Below, piece after piece: positions 24,701 through 38,257 of a DNA stretch of 64,000 bases (position 1 is the first letter of the stretch; every line of letters begins with the position of its first letter). The translations under genes were made by a program, and so were the position numbers. The stretch is from Monocercomonoides exilis PA203 (lineage: Eukaryota > Protista > Preaxostyla), in contig LSRY02000054.1 in the NCBI GenBank assembly GCA_001643675.2, positions 310,001 through 374,000 on the forward strand, in the 5' to 3' direction. The notes beneath the pieces are model-generated. The model made no database searches. It worked only from the letters and a program-made list of their open reading frames with translations, and was not told the origin of the DNA.

Positions 24701-27232
24701 GTAGAAGCAGAAGCTGATTTGTTTACAGCTGAAATTTTGCTTCCCAACTGTTGATTAATCTCTTTCATCTTCAGCTGATGCAGTTCTGCATCTTCATATA
24801 TCACTTGTGGCATGAGAACAACTCCACCTTCACATTCACTGCCTCTTCCTCTGCCTCTGCCTCTGACTATCTCCTCCCTAATTCCTCCTCCAATTATTGA
24901 AGGTGAATGAACTGATGCAATCCTCAAAGACCCTTCACCAGATGTTGGACTTAAACTTGACCTTGAATTTGAGCCAATCCCAAAACTTAAACCAGAACTG
25001 GAATTCAGAATGTCATCTGACTCTGAGTCGATGCTGGTGAAGCCCATAAGATCAATGTTCCTCTCAAAAAGATCTCTTTCTATTCCACTTCCTCTTTCTA
25101 TTCCTCCTCCTCTCCCATTTTCGATTCTATTGGATATTCCCCTTTCTGTTGAATATATTTTATTGTTACCACTATTTGTGTTCATGTTGCTGTTAAGATT
25201 GTTAATATCTATGAGATTGCGCAAATGTGATGGAGATGATCCCAACTGACTTGCAAATTGGTCAAATATCGAGTTTCTAGACACTGACGGAGAAGAAGGG
25301 GAGAAGATTCCATCACCCAACAGCTGCAGAGGAGACGAAATCTGTTTATGAGAAGGAGAAGATGGAGATGTCAAAGAGAAAGAAAGGTTTGAAAGAGGAG
25401 CAGATGTGAAAGGAGGAGAAAAAGAAGATGAAAGGGAAAGGGGAGGAGATTCAGCGGAGGGGGCAGGGAATTTAGGTACAGCACCATGTGGAAGTGACTG
25501 AGTTGTAGCGGAAGGGGAAGAAAGAGAAGAGAAAATAAAAGAAGAAGAAGGGAGGGAAGAAGAATTGATTTTGTCAGCTGCTTGTTCTTTGGATCTACCA
25601 ACCGTACTATTATCAACAGAATTCAAATCCATTATCATTTTTTCATTAACACTTGAATTTTTATTTAAACCATTCATATTGTTTCGAATGATATTGTCTT
25701 CTTTTCCACCATTTGCGCGTAATCCACCAAAATTCCCCATCACATTATTCTCATCTGTTAGTTTCCCATCTTCTCCTCTACCACCTCCGTTTCCTTTCCC
25801 CTTTCCAACATCATTTGCTGCAGCCATATTTTTCATTGCCAAGTATGAAACACCAGAAAACCCTTGTTGATTCACAGGAATCACAACTGCACCAGTCGCT
25901 GGTTGTGCCTGCAAATACTGATGAGAGAAATTCTGTGTAAATTGATTCGTTCCATTTGACTCAAAGGAGCTGCTTCCCATTGGAGTGCTTGAAGCTCCGC
26001 TGTAGAATCCAGTAGTTGGATACACTGAGCTGCTTATTGCAGGTGATGGAGGAGAAAATGTGCTGAAGCACTGCAGAAGAGGAGGAGAGTTAACAAACAC
26101 TGAGGGGATAGGGATGTTTGTGCTGTTTGACAAGTTTGGAATGTTTTGAATAGCTTGTGTGTTTTGTAAGTTTTGTAAAGGCGAACTATTTTGCTTTTGT
26201 TGTTGAACTTGCTGAACTTGCTGAACTGGCTGAACTTGTTGAATTTGTTGTTGCTGTTGTTGTTGCTGCTGCTGCAATTGCATTTGAGGCATCATCATGA
26301 ACAACATCTGTTGTTGATATTGAGACTGAAACTGCTGCATTTGTTGCTGTTGTTGAATTTGCTGCTGAATTTGTTGAGAGGCAACTCCATCAATCACTGC
26401 TGTTTGTGTGGCTGGTACAAACATCGGCTGGAACGGAGTCTGCATTGCAGCGTAAGGGTATGGCTGCATTGCATTCCATCCTGCTGGGAGTGTTTGACTG
26501 GCTAGTTGTGATTGAGGAATCTTCAGAAAAGTTAATGTCTGCTGCTGCATTGGAGGCTGGGACTGTAGCATTGGCTGTTCTAACTGTGTTAGCTGTGGCA
26601 ACTGTGAAACCTGTGTTTGTGTTTGTGTTTGTGTCATGGATGACATTACTTTGCCTTCTCCTTCTTTCTTTTCCTGTTGATTTGTTCTTTGAATTTGCTG
26701 TTGTTGATAAATTTGGTTGGATGATTGCGATTCCATCACCATGGGAGAAATTGGCATGATCTGCATTGCTGTATTTTGTTGTTTAGCTCCATCAGAATAA
26801 ATCTGTTGTGAAGTTTGTGTTGAAATTTGGGTTTGTTCGGTCGCTTGCTTTGTTTGTACAGACATTTGCTGTTTTGTTTGCAAAGAAAGTGAATTTTGAG
26901 TGAGAAATTCGTTTGTTTCGTGCTCAGCAAATTCGTTTGTGTGAAAAGATTCATCTTGATGCAATTGTTTCAAGTTATCTTTTGAAATATCTGATTCTAA
27001 TTGATTTTTTGACAATGTTTTGTTTTTTTCTGTTGAAATTGAAGATAATTCACTTTGAATGTTGCTATCGTTTATTGCTTCTTTTTGATTCGCATTTGAC
27101 GCAATGCTGTTAATTCTGTCTTTTTCAATCAAAACATCCTTTTGTGTGTTCTCTGTCCGATGCATTTGTTCTCCTTTTTCCGTGTTGACTGTATCAATCA
27201 CGCCTTCATTTGAAGCAATGGAAGAAGAGGAA

Positions 27233-27270
<38 letters not shown>

Positions 27271-30200
27271 AGAGGAAGAAGAGGAAGAAGAGGAAGAAGA
27301 AGAGGAGGATGATACTGAAGTTGTTTGCTCTCCAGTTCTCTTTCCTTCCTGTTTTTTCTCTTCTTTCTGTGCTTCTTTTATGGAATCTTTAATGTTTTCT
27401 TTTTTATCCTCTTTTTTCGCATTTCCTTTTGTTTTTGTCTTTTTTGTGTTTTGTTTGTGTGTTCCAGTTGGAAGAGCAGGAAAAGCATCAATTGAAAGGT
27501 TTGACGGAGGAAGTGAGGAGTTAAACGATTGAAAAGATGAAGATGATGATAAAGTTGTTGTTGATGATGATGGTGAAAGAGAAGAAGAAGAAGAAGAAGA
27601 AGGTAATATCACTGAAGATGCTCCAATTGTACTTCCATCTTCTTCTTCTTCTTCTTCGTGTTCATTTGATTCCAACAACTTTTTCACCAGTTTTGGGTCA
27701 TTTTTCATCATTTTTTCAAACAATTGCAATTTCTGTTCAGTTGTCAGTGAAATCCCAGAATCAGCAGAAGGCTTATCATTTGACATCGAAGAGGAAGAGG
27801 AAGAAGAAAAAGAAGAAGAAGAAGAAGGAAGAGAAGAGGATAGTGAAGACACATTGTGTGCCATTGGAAGATTATTCATTGCAACGACAGAATTATCAGC
27901 ATTTGACGATGTTGAAGAAGAAGAAGAAGAAGAAGAAGAAGATATCAATGAATTTTCTTCCTTCTGAATTTGTGAATTATTCTCAGCTGGAATCTCTTGT
28001 TGACTCACATTCTGTTGAATTTGCTTTGTTTGTTGTTGCGAAGCTTCGATATTCTGAAGATATTCCATAGAAATTGGTTGTGAAGAAGAAGAAGAAGAAG
28101 AAGAAAATGATGATGATGATGATGAAGGTTGTTGAATTTGTTGATTTTGCTGAATTTGTTGAATTTGTTGTTGCATCACCCCAAACTGATTGAAAGGAGC
28201 CATCATTCCACCTCTGCCTTGTTGAAATGGAGCAGAAATTGAGTTATTGAAAGGAGGTGTTGTTGATGAAGAAGAAAGAGAAGAGGAGGAGGAAGAGGAG
28301 GAAGAGGAGGAAGAGGAGGAAGAGGAGGAAGAGGAGGAAGAGGAGGAAGAGGAGGAAGAGGAGGAAGAGGAGGAAGAGGAGGAAGAGGAGGAAGAGGAGG
28401 AAGAGGAGGAAGAGGAGGAAGAGGATGAAGAATTAGAAGGAGAAGAAGAAGAAAGATGAAGAGAAGAAGGAGGAGGAGAGACAGAAGAAGGAGAATTCGA
28501 GTGGAAATGAGGCTGAAAGGGGAAAGGCATTGTTTGGAAGGGAGGGATCATTTGAGGCTGGAAGGAAAAGGAGTTGATGGGATAAGCCTGAAATTGAGGA
28601 AGAGAAGAGGAAGAGGAAGAAGGAGAAAGAGAAGAAGAAAGAGAAGAAGAAGAAGAAGAAGAGGGAGAAGGCAGAGGAAATCCATTGAAATTGCCAGGAA
28701 ACTGATAATTGTAAGGAAACTGTGGGAAAAAAGAAGCAGAAGGAGGAGGAAAGGGAAAAGATTGAGGTTGAAGCTGAGGTTGCTGAATTATTTGCTGCAT
28801 TGTTTGTTGTTGGAATTGAGCTTCGTGCGGAAGGATGATGGGGAAGGAGGACGAAGGCATTGGAGGAAAAGAAGAAGAAGAAGAAGAAGAAGAAGAATTT
28901 GTTGATGAAGCAATAGTAGAAGCGCTAAGCGAAGAAAGAGCAGGAGGAGAAAGAGAAGAGGCAGGAGATGTTGTACCAGCAGCAGCTGTTGATGAAGCAG
29001 AAGTAGCAGTAGTAGAAGAAGAAGGAAGATGAGCAATGGAGTTATTATTGGAAGTTGTGGTTGCTGTATTTGAGAGAGTGGGGTTTATTGGAGATGAGGA
29101 AGAAGATGAGGAAGATGAGGAAATAGAAGTTTGAAGGGGAATGAAAGAAGAACGAGGAATTGATGAAGCAGAAGCAGAAGCAGCAGCAGAGGAAGAAGAC
29201 GACGAAATCTGGTTCGAATTTACAGAAGAACCTGAATAATAAGTAGCTGAATTAATTTGTTGTTGTTGTTGTTGTTGTTGGGATTGAGATTGTGATTGTG
29301 GTTGTGGCTGTATTTTGCCGGCAGAATGAGGCGGAAGCGTTGCCGGCAAAATAATGTCACTTATGGTTTTCTGCTTCTTCTTCATTGAGGTGCGGACAAG
29401 CACGCCTTCTATGATGATCCCTCCGCGTGTTTGCTCAAGGGCTTTTTGGGCATTCTGTGTGAAGGGAGATAAAGAGAAAGCAAGTTAAAAATTTGAGTGG
29501 AAATTTATTTTTTATATGTAAAATGGAAATATAATAACATAAAATCATATAAAAAAGTGCAAAAAAGTGCAAAAAAATAGCAAAAAAAAAAAGAAAAAAG
29601 AAAAAAGAAAAAGAAAAAGAAAAAAAGAAAAAAAGTAAAAAGTAAAAAAAAGAAAAAGAAAAAAAAAACATAACAGATAAATAAATTCACAATATATTCT
29701 AAAAAATATATTATTAATAAAAATAAAAATGAAAACTCCTCTTCCAATCACATACCTTCTGCCCTGTATCATTCTTCTGATAGTACACATCTCCAAATCC
29801 TCTGTACCCTCCCTTCTCTCTCAGCGGCAGCACCACTCTTTCACAGACCCCAAACGCGCTGAAGACTTGTCTGACCCTTTCCTCGCTGAATCGCTCCATC
29901 GCCCCCGTCGCTGCCTCTCCCTCAAACATAATATGGACACAGTTGCTTAGAGAAGACGAATCACTCCACCCAATCTGCAGCTGCACCCCTTTGAATAGCC
30001 GCGTCCCTGCTGTCGCCTTCGCCACTTCGGCTTGTGACCGCCGCGCGAACTGGATGTAGGCGGCTCCGGAGTCCTGGGTATACTCGATTTTCTCGACTGA
30101 ACCGAATTTGCTATTGTTTATAACAGAATTTGTTTTGATAAATCATAATTTTTTGTATATATGTTAAATATTATTTACGCACAATTATTGCTTTCATACC

Positions 30201-30793
30201 TAAAAAAATCGTGAAGTTCCTCTTCTGTCGTGTCAAAGGGAATATTCTTTACAGATATATTCGAATTTCTTGTAGCTGGGCGGATCCGAATCGGCTTTGA
30301 TTTAATTGCCTTTAATTTATAGTTTTTTTTTTTCAAATTTTTTAATTTTTTGATAAAATTTATATGTTTGCATACTACAACGTTGCGTTCTTCGAGAATT
30401 GATGTAACTGGTACTGAAGACGTAAAATAAATAAAACCATATCCCAATCTGACTTGAGTTCTTTTGTCAATTTTGATGTCCACCTTTGCAACTTTTCCAT
30501 ATTTCTCAAAATAATTTATGATATCCTGCTCTGAAACATCGCTTGGAATATCACCAAGGAAAAGTCCCCCTAAAAAAATAAATGTATTTATATGATTAAC
30601 GATGAAATTAAATGGAAAGAGAGATATTGTAACGGTAAAAAAAGCATTTAATTGTTTTTTGTTGTGAAATCAATTAAATTCAAACGTTCTTCATCATCGG
30701 GAGTTGCTATTGCAAAAAGTTAAAATATCGTGATTTTGAAAGCATAAAAAACAATTGCACACGTTGTGGAAAAGATCCAACGGAATGAATCAT
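21712..30793 (-). CDS. RNA-binding protein with three N-terminal RRMs and a ~2,550-aa Ser/Gln-rich disordered tail
   Basis: RNP2/RNP1 motifs LFLGDI...LGYGFIYF; ISVKNI...AAYIQF; VHIMF...RGFGDVYY on small exons 29.7-30.8 kb. These splice into one giant terminal exon (~29454-21712). Confidence 0.85.
28283..28424. repeat. (GAAGAGGAG)n 9-bp coding repeat, poly-Ser on the minus strand
   Basis: About 15 tandem units. A related (GAAGAAGAG)n tract lies at ~27220-27310. Confidence 0.9.
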
Positions 30794-31015
30794 AATTATA
30801 GCAAACAATAAAAATAAATAGTTCTCAAAAGATAAGCGTTGTTAAAAAAAAGAAAGAGAATTATCTCTCAAAATAAACAAATTTAAGGTTCTGTTTGATC
30901 AAACATTTCATTCTAAAGAAAGTTTTAAAAACGAAAAATTATATAACTGATTGATTAAAAATGAAAAATTGATAAAATAAATGAAAAAAAGCAAAACAAA
31001 TTAAAAAATTATTTC

Positions 31016-34000
31016 TTAATTATCAGATTTTTTAGAGCAAAGATTGCATTCTTTTTCTGTTGAATATTTCAGAAGTCGGTTAAATGAAGTGAAAGGAGGA
31101 GTTGATGAACTTTTTTTTGCAGGTGAATCAATAGAAGATTGCGGAGATAGAAGTGATGGTGGGCAGCATTTCGAAAATGGCAAATAAGGTTCAAGATAAA
31201 TTGTCATTTCGCCCAAATCTTTTTCCTAAGAAATAAAATTTTTAAAAAGATAATGTATTGGGTGCAATAATAATAACGTCAATTATAAAGAAATACAAAC
31301 GCTTGAATCAGGGGACTTAAGATTAACTCTGAAAGTCTGAACAGTTGAAGATTTAGTGCAGGATGATATGAGCACATCTCTGGTAAAATAAAACAGATCA
31401 ATGAAAATCAATAAAATGTTAAAGAAAATGATAATAATAAAAATAATAAAATGTTATTGAAAAAATAGAAAGAAAGAAATTTCAAAAAAAAATGACAGAA
31501 AAAAATGAATGAATGATCAAAACATACCCAACAGCGACTTTGTTCGCCTTTCCAGAATCGATTCGATACAACTCCAAATGTAATGGATGGCACATGAGAT
31601 GATGAAGAAAATACAGAGAGACATTCATAATGTACCTGAGAAATCAATGGAGAATATACAAATGGAAGGAAAACAATGAATAATTAATGAAAAAGAATTG
31701 TCGTTAAAAGTTTATGTCAATTAACATAAAAAATGCAATGAATAAAAACTCAATTGAATAGCAATTGATAAGTTGAGGTTAAAATAATGTTTTAGTCAAG
31801 TTCAATCAAAAAATATAAACTTTCTTTCTTTCGAAATAAAATTATAAGTCTTTTTTTTTTTCTTTCAATTTCATTTGAAACATACTTTGTCAAATAACTC
31901 CAGTTCACATTTCCATCAAACGAAGCCATCTCAATTGTCGTGTAAGTCACATCAAACAGATAAAAATCAACAGCCACAAAGAACGAAAATGATGGAGAAG
32001 AAGGAGATGATGATGATGATTGGTGTAATGATGAAGTGAATGTGTTTGGTGGGATATCCATTTCCGAAACAGGAACACCTGCTCCAGCTGAAGAAGGAGG
32101 AAGAGAAGAAAGAAGCGATTTGTCCAGCTTGGCGCTTCGTATTTGGAGAAGAAGAATGTTTTGTTCTAAAAGTTAAAAAGAACGTTTTTTTGGATATGAA
32201 AATATTGAGTGAAAAATTAGTAGAATGTTGATTGAGTGTGTATTGAAATAATAAATTTTGACAACAATATCCAGAAATCAAACCTTCAGTTATCACCAAA
32301 TCTTCGATACTTCCGCCAAATGCGCGAAGATTGCGAAGTCTTTGAATGAGCAACTCGTTTTCTTCTTCTGTTTCTTTCACTCTTCTTTTCAGTTTTTGCA
32401 TTTGAGTTTTTTGTGATTGGATTCCGCTGGAAACATCGTCCTTTTCAGACAAAATGCGGTTCTTGAAGAATGAATGGAGAAATAAATGAGTGAAAAGAAA
32501 TTATGTGAAAATTTCATCGGTTAATATTATGTGGTTAAACAAAGAATCAGAAAAAGCATCATATAAATATGAAAGAAAATGAAAAAAGAGAAAAAGAAAT
32601 TTTTGAATCAAATAAACATATTAATAATAATCCATACAAGTTTATCAGAAACTTCATTTCTCTCTTCTGTTAATTTTGCATTTGCTGTTAATAGTCGATT
32701 GAAAGAATTAAATTCACAAATAAATATGAATGCCAATAAATAAATGCAATACATAAATCGAAAAAGAAAAATAAAGCAAAAATATAAAAAGAGGAAATCA
32801 GTATAAAATACGATGTTACAATATCATGAAGTAAATCAAATTCATATAAAATGTATTTAAAATAATTCATTCTAAGCAACAAAAATTGTTGCTAATTGCA
32901 CACCTTCAGTCAACTGTTTGTTTTCTTCCTTCATTTTTGACAGTTCGTCATTCAATCGATCAATTTCTTCGCTTTTTTCTTTGGCTATCCTTTTCCACAT
33001 GCCCTCCTGTTCTCCTTCACTCATCTTTCTCCTTCTTCTTTCTGCTTCTGCTTCTTCTTCTCTTCTTCTTCGCTCTTGTTCCAATCTTTTAGCCTCCATT
33101 TCTTTCTCTCTCTTCTTCCTCTCAGCTTCTTCTGCATCTCTTTCATTGTTCTGCTTCTTCATCTTTTCTATTTCTGCCTCAAGTTCGTCGTTTATGTTGT
33201 CTGCATCTTCCAATTCTTTCACAAGTTCTGTCAATTTTTCACGATATGCTCCTAATGTTTTCTCATATCGCTCTTTATCTTGTTCTCTTTCTTTTCGCTC
33301 TTCCCTCAACTACATGCAAATATATCAACACAAATGAACAAGCAGAATACATTTTAAAAAAGCAAGAAAAAAGAAGAATTTGAAAGTTACATGTTAATTG
33401 CATTTTTTATATTTTATGAATGATTCAACCTGCTGCTCGGCATTTTCAATCTTTCTTTCTAGCTCTCTTTGTAAAGGTGAAAACTTCTGTTCGTCTTGCT
33501 TGCTAAGTTCACCAATAGAATTCATGGATTGTATTTCTTTTTGCAATGCACTTATTTCATCTTTCTGCTGTTGAATTTTTTCCTCTGCTTTTTTAAGTTT
33601 TCTTTTCAATGTTCTAATTTCGCTTTTCAAATCTGCAATTTGATCTTCAAGATCTTCAATTTCAGACGAATCTTGAACGATAGGTCTTCTTTCTCGACGT
33701 TCAGGCAACTTAAACTATTTGAATGAAATTAGACCTTCAAAAAAAATAATTTTCAGAAACAAACATCTTGATCAATATATGAGAATCGAGGAGGTGGCTC
33801 AGGGCTTTGCATTTCTGCATTTAAACGCTTCTTCTCTATATCATCAAGTTTTGAAAGCAAATCTTTTGTTTCTGCAAGCACTTTTCGCCCATCAGACAAC
33901 GTATCTCCGAATGGATCATCAATTTGAACTGGTCTCTTCACTTTTTGTGTTGCTTTCGGTACAGGCTTGGGCATTTGCTTTCCAAGTATTTTTGCTTCCC

Positions 34001-34189
34001 GTCTCGTCATGCCAAAAAGAGGGTCAACTGCTTGGTCTGATGAAAAAATTAATATTTCAAAATATTGAATTTCTGAAAACCTTCCTCAAAAAATAGTCCA
34101 TATGTATGTCCAATGTTTTCAAATGATTTTTTTAATTCAGGAGATAAATGTGTTGACGAATATAAACGTCTGGTTCTTGGAGAAGACAT
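31016..34189 (-). CDS. Coiled-coil plus C2-domain protein, RPGRIP1/RPGRIP1L (MKS5)-like; multi-exon
   Basis: ATG at 34189 opens a frame that splices into long coiled-coil exons (33.7-32.3 kb). These are followed by SFFVAVDFYLFDVTYTT...NWSYLTK, resembling the RPGRIP1 C2 motif, and a beta-rich C-terminus (KDLGEMTIYL). Confidence 0.5.
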
Positions 34190-34421
34190 TAATTTAAATT
34201 GTGATGATCTTAATTATTCACGGCACCCTTTACACAATACACCTTTCCGATAATTTTTCATTTAACGGTAATTGCAAGAAGTATTTTTGCATATTACATA
34301 AAGCAACTTTATACGGTTTTTATTTTTTACACATGTTGAATTTCTATATTTTTAATAATTCAGTTTTTCACGTTTTTCTTTTGCACCTGAACATAGTTCA
34401 TTTTTTGAGCTTCGCTACGAA

Positions 34422-37400
34422 ATGGAAGCAGTGAAAACTGTAGCCGCAAAATTATTGCAAAATTTAATTTCAATATTTAATGCAACTACAGCAATTGATT
34501 TTAAACTTGACGATGCGAACCTTGATAACAATGATATTGAAGCGCTGCTTACTGGTTTGAAATTTTGAATAATATTTTATGAATATAACTTTATTAATTT
34601 ATAGGTGATCGTTCAACAAAGTTACTCCTTGATTCTTACAGTCCTATGGATATTCAATCTCGTTTCGAAAAAGTTAATATTCCTCAGTCATTGGAGAAAC
34701 TTGGATTCACCCACCTTCGATATATTATTGACACTTCGGATTCATTTGTTCATAGGCTTGTTGTGACCGACGACCTTCTTCTAGAATTGTCTTTTGGCCC
34801 TCAAGAATCACTTATTGAACTTGCAGCATCTCTCTTTGGAAATGAACCCACGTTCTTATCGGAGCAAGAGCAAAAAGAAATCGATGCGATAAAATCAAAT
34901 GAGGAATTTCTGCGCGAAGCCGAGAAAGAGAAGCTCGAAGAGCAGAAGCGGCGCGCAGAGCGGGCAGCTCCAGAAATCCCCGACCTTCCTGTTCCGGAGC
35001 CAATTCCGGAGCCTTCTCCAACTCCGCCTTTCTCTGAAGTCGCTTCTCCTGCGCGTGCTGCGAGTGAGCGAGAAGAAGTGGCAACCCCCGGTGAATCGGG
35101 AAATTTCGTGGGGCTAGCTGATGGATCTTCAGTGAGTTCGCTAAATGCTATGGAGCATTCTGAAGTTAGTATAAAATCTCCTTCTTTCACCTTATCGCCT
35201 GTTGGACAGATGCTGAAGGCAAACAAAACCGGAGAAATTAAGAATAATTCTCCGAAAGCGAAGGTTGCTATGCAAGCTGCTGGGGTTCTTTCTCCGATAG
35301 CGTCTTCTCCTCTGATGAAAGAGAATTCTATAGAAATCAAAAATGTTGATGATAAAGAAGATGAAGCAAATAATAATAATAATAATAACGCAGAAAAAAA
35401 CAGAAATTTGAGTGAAAAGCAATTAAACAATGAGAAAGTGAATAACCAAGAAATTGTTTCAGTTATTTCGAATGAAAAATCAGAGGAACAAAACAAAAGA
35501 AGAGAATATGAAAAGAAAGAGGAAGAGAATGACGTGTTAGGATACGAAGCTTTGACACCTATTGTTATGATTCCAAAAGAAGTTTTGAATAAAGAGAGAA
35601 AAGAAGGGAAAATAACAAAAATTGAAAAAATTGAAAAAATGGAAAAATCGGAAAATTCGGAAAAATCGGAAAAAGCGGGAAAAGAAGAAAGAAATGAAAC
35701 TTTTCGGGAAAAAGATGAAAAAGAATTGGTGAATGAGGAAAATAAAGTGGAAAACAATGGAAATTTTATTGAAGAAGCAAAAACACAGAATGAAAACAAA
35801 GAAAATGATTTGAAAATGGAAGGGGGAAATAACATGAATGGAATTAATAACAATAATTATGAATCAAATTCTGCTTCTTCTGCTTCTTCTTCAAATTCTC
35901 CTTCTCCTTCTTCTTCTTCTTCTTCTTCTTCTTCTTCTTCTTCAAATTTATCAGCATCATCTTCTTCTTCTCTTTCTCCTTCTTCTCTTTCTTCTTCTTT
36001 TTCTTCTCAACCAAATGAAAAATCCAATCTTCAATCAACAATCGATAATTCTTCGAAACCTAACCAAAAAGAGGAGAAAGAAAATGAAAATGAAAAGGAA
36101 AAGGAAAAAGAGAAAGAGAAAGAGAAAAAAGAGAAAGAGAAAGAAAATGAAAATGAAAATGAAAAAGAAGAGAAAAAGAAAGAAGAAGAAGAAGAAGAAG
36201 AAATCGCAAAAAACGAGAAAAACATCCAAAATTCAACAGAAACACAAAAAAGAATAACAAAAAAGGAGATAGAAGGAAGAGAAGGAAGAGAAGGAAGAAG
36301 AAGAAAGATAAAGATCAGAAAGAACAAAGATACGTCTTCTTCTTCAATGATGAAGAAGAAGACAAAGACAAAGATGAAGATGAAGATGAAGAGAACAAGA
36401 ATTTTTCATTTCCCTCGCCCTCCAATCGGCAATCCACGTGTTCTTCACGACACACTGGTGCAACTGTGGGATGAAAGCATGATGCCTTTCTTCTTCTCTG
36501 GATCTTCTAATTCTTCTTCTTCTTCTAATACAAATAATTCTTCTTCTTCTTCTTCTTTTTATCTAAATTCTTCTTCTTCTTCCTCTTCCTCTTCTTCTTC
36601 TTCTTCTCTTTCTTCTTCTTCTTCTTCTTCCTCTTCCTCCTCTTCTGTCGTCGCAGAGCGCCATTCGTTCTTCCTCCAGCCGTCTCTCTGGATTTATCCT
36701 TCTTTTGACCAGGTTTTCCTTTCTTCTTCGCTCAAATTGACTGAAATTTCGCCTCAATTAAAGGAAATGCTGATGCATGGGGCATGGGGAAAGGAACTGA
36801 GGAGGGTGTGGAGGAAGGAGAAGGAGAAGGAGAAAGGAGAAAGAGAAAGAGAAAGAGAGAAAGAAATGGTGAAGGAGAAAGAAAGAGAAAGAGAAAGAGA
36901 AGAGGAGAAGGAGAGGGAGAGAAGAAGAGAAGAAGGAAAAGAAGAAGGAAAAGAAGGAGAAAGAAAAGAAGAAGGAAAAGAAGGAGAAAGAAAAGAAGAA
37001 AGAGAAAAAGAAAGAGAAAGAGAGAAAGAAAGCAATTTTAACCAAAGAAACCGATTTCCAACAGAAATTCAGGAATTGTTAGCTCCTTCGGGTGTGTGTC
37101 ATTTGTTTGAGGAGAAAGAAGAAGAAGAAGGAGAAGGAGAAGAAGAAAAAGAGAAGAAAAAGAAGGAAGAGAAGGAGAAAGAGAAGAAAGAAGAGGAGAA
37201 AACGGAAGAGGAAGAGGAGGAAGAAGGAGAAGGAGAAGGAGAAGGAAAGAGCAAAGTGAATGAATTAGATAATCTAAATAACATTACAAACAATAATAAC
37301 CAAAAAATGTCTTCTTCTTCTCTTTCTCCTTCTTTCCCTTCTTCTTTCCCTTCTTCTTCTTCTTCTTCTTCTTCTTCTTCTTCTTCTTCTTCTTCTTCTT

Positions 37401-38224
37401 CTTCTTCTTCTTCTTCTTCTTCTTCTTCTTCTTCCTCTTCTCCTCCTCATCCAAGGAGCATATTCCATGTGTTGAATGAAGACAGTCTGAGAGAAAATTC
37501 TGAGTGGAACATGAATGAAGCAAACATGATGATGATGAAAGATGATGAAGAAAGAGGAAAAGAAGAAGGAGAAGAAGAAGGAGGAGAAGAGAAAGAGAAA
37601 GATGAGAAGGAAAAGGAGAAGAAGGAGGGAAAGGAGGAAAAAGAAGAAGAAAAGAAAGAAAAAGATAAAAAAGAAGAAAAAGAAGAAAAAGAAGAAGAAG
37701 AAGAAGAGGTTAGCATTTTGTCGCATGCTGAACACACAACATCAAATCATGTTTCGTTTCCATTGACAACTGATTCATCTTCTTCTGAAGTTATGTTGGA
37801 TTCTTCCGTTTCTTCTTCTTCTTCATTTTATATTCCTTTTTCTTCTTTTCCTTCTCCTTCTTCTTCCTCTCCTTCTCCCTCTCCTTCTCCTTCTTCTTCC
37901 TCTCCTTCTCCCTCTCCTTCTTCTTCTCCTTCTTCTCCTTCTTCTTCTATTTCATCATCTTCTCCTTCTCTTTCTCTTCATCAGCCAACTCCTCAGCATC
38001 CTTCTTGTCATTCTCCTGCTATTTCTTCTTCTTCTCCTTCTCCTTCTTCCTCTTCTTCTTCTTCTTCTCTTTCTTCTCTTTCTATTTCTCCGGATTCTTC
38101 TTCTATTTCTCCGAAGGAAACAATTACGCAATTAAACAACAAAATAGATGCACAAATTGAACAACAACCAAATGTAAGTATTTCTTCTTCCTCTTCTCTT
38201 TCTCCTTCCTCTTCTTCCCTTTCT

Positions 38225-38257
<33 letters not shown>

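Noticed and set aside
21761-29036. Plus-strand ORFs opposite the RRM gene
   Set aside because: Shadow ORFs of low-complexity coding sequence.
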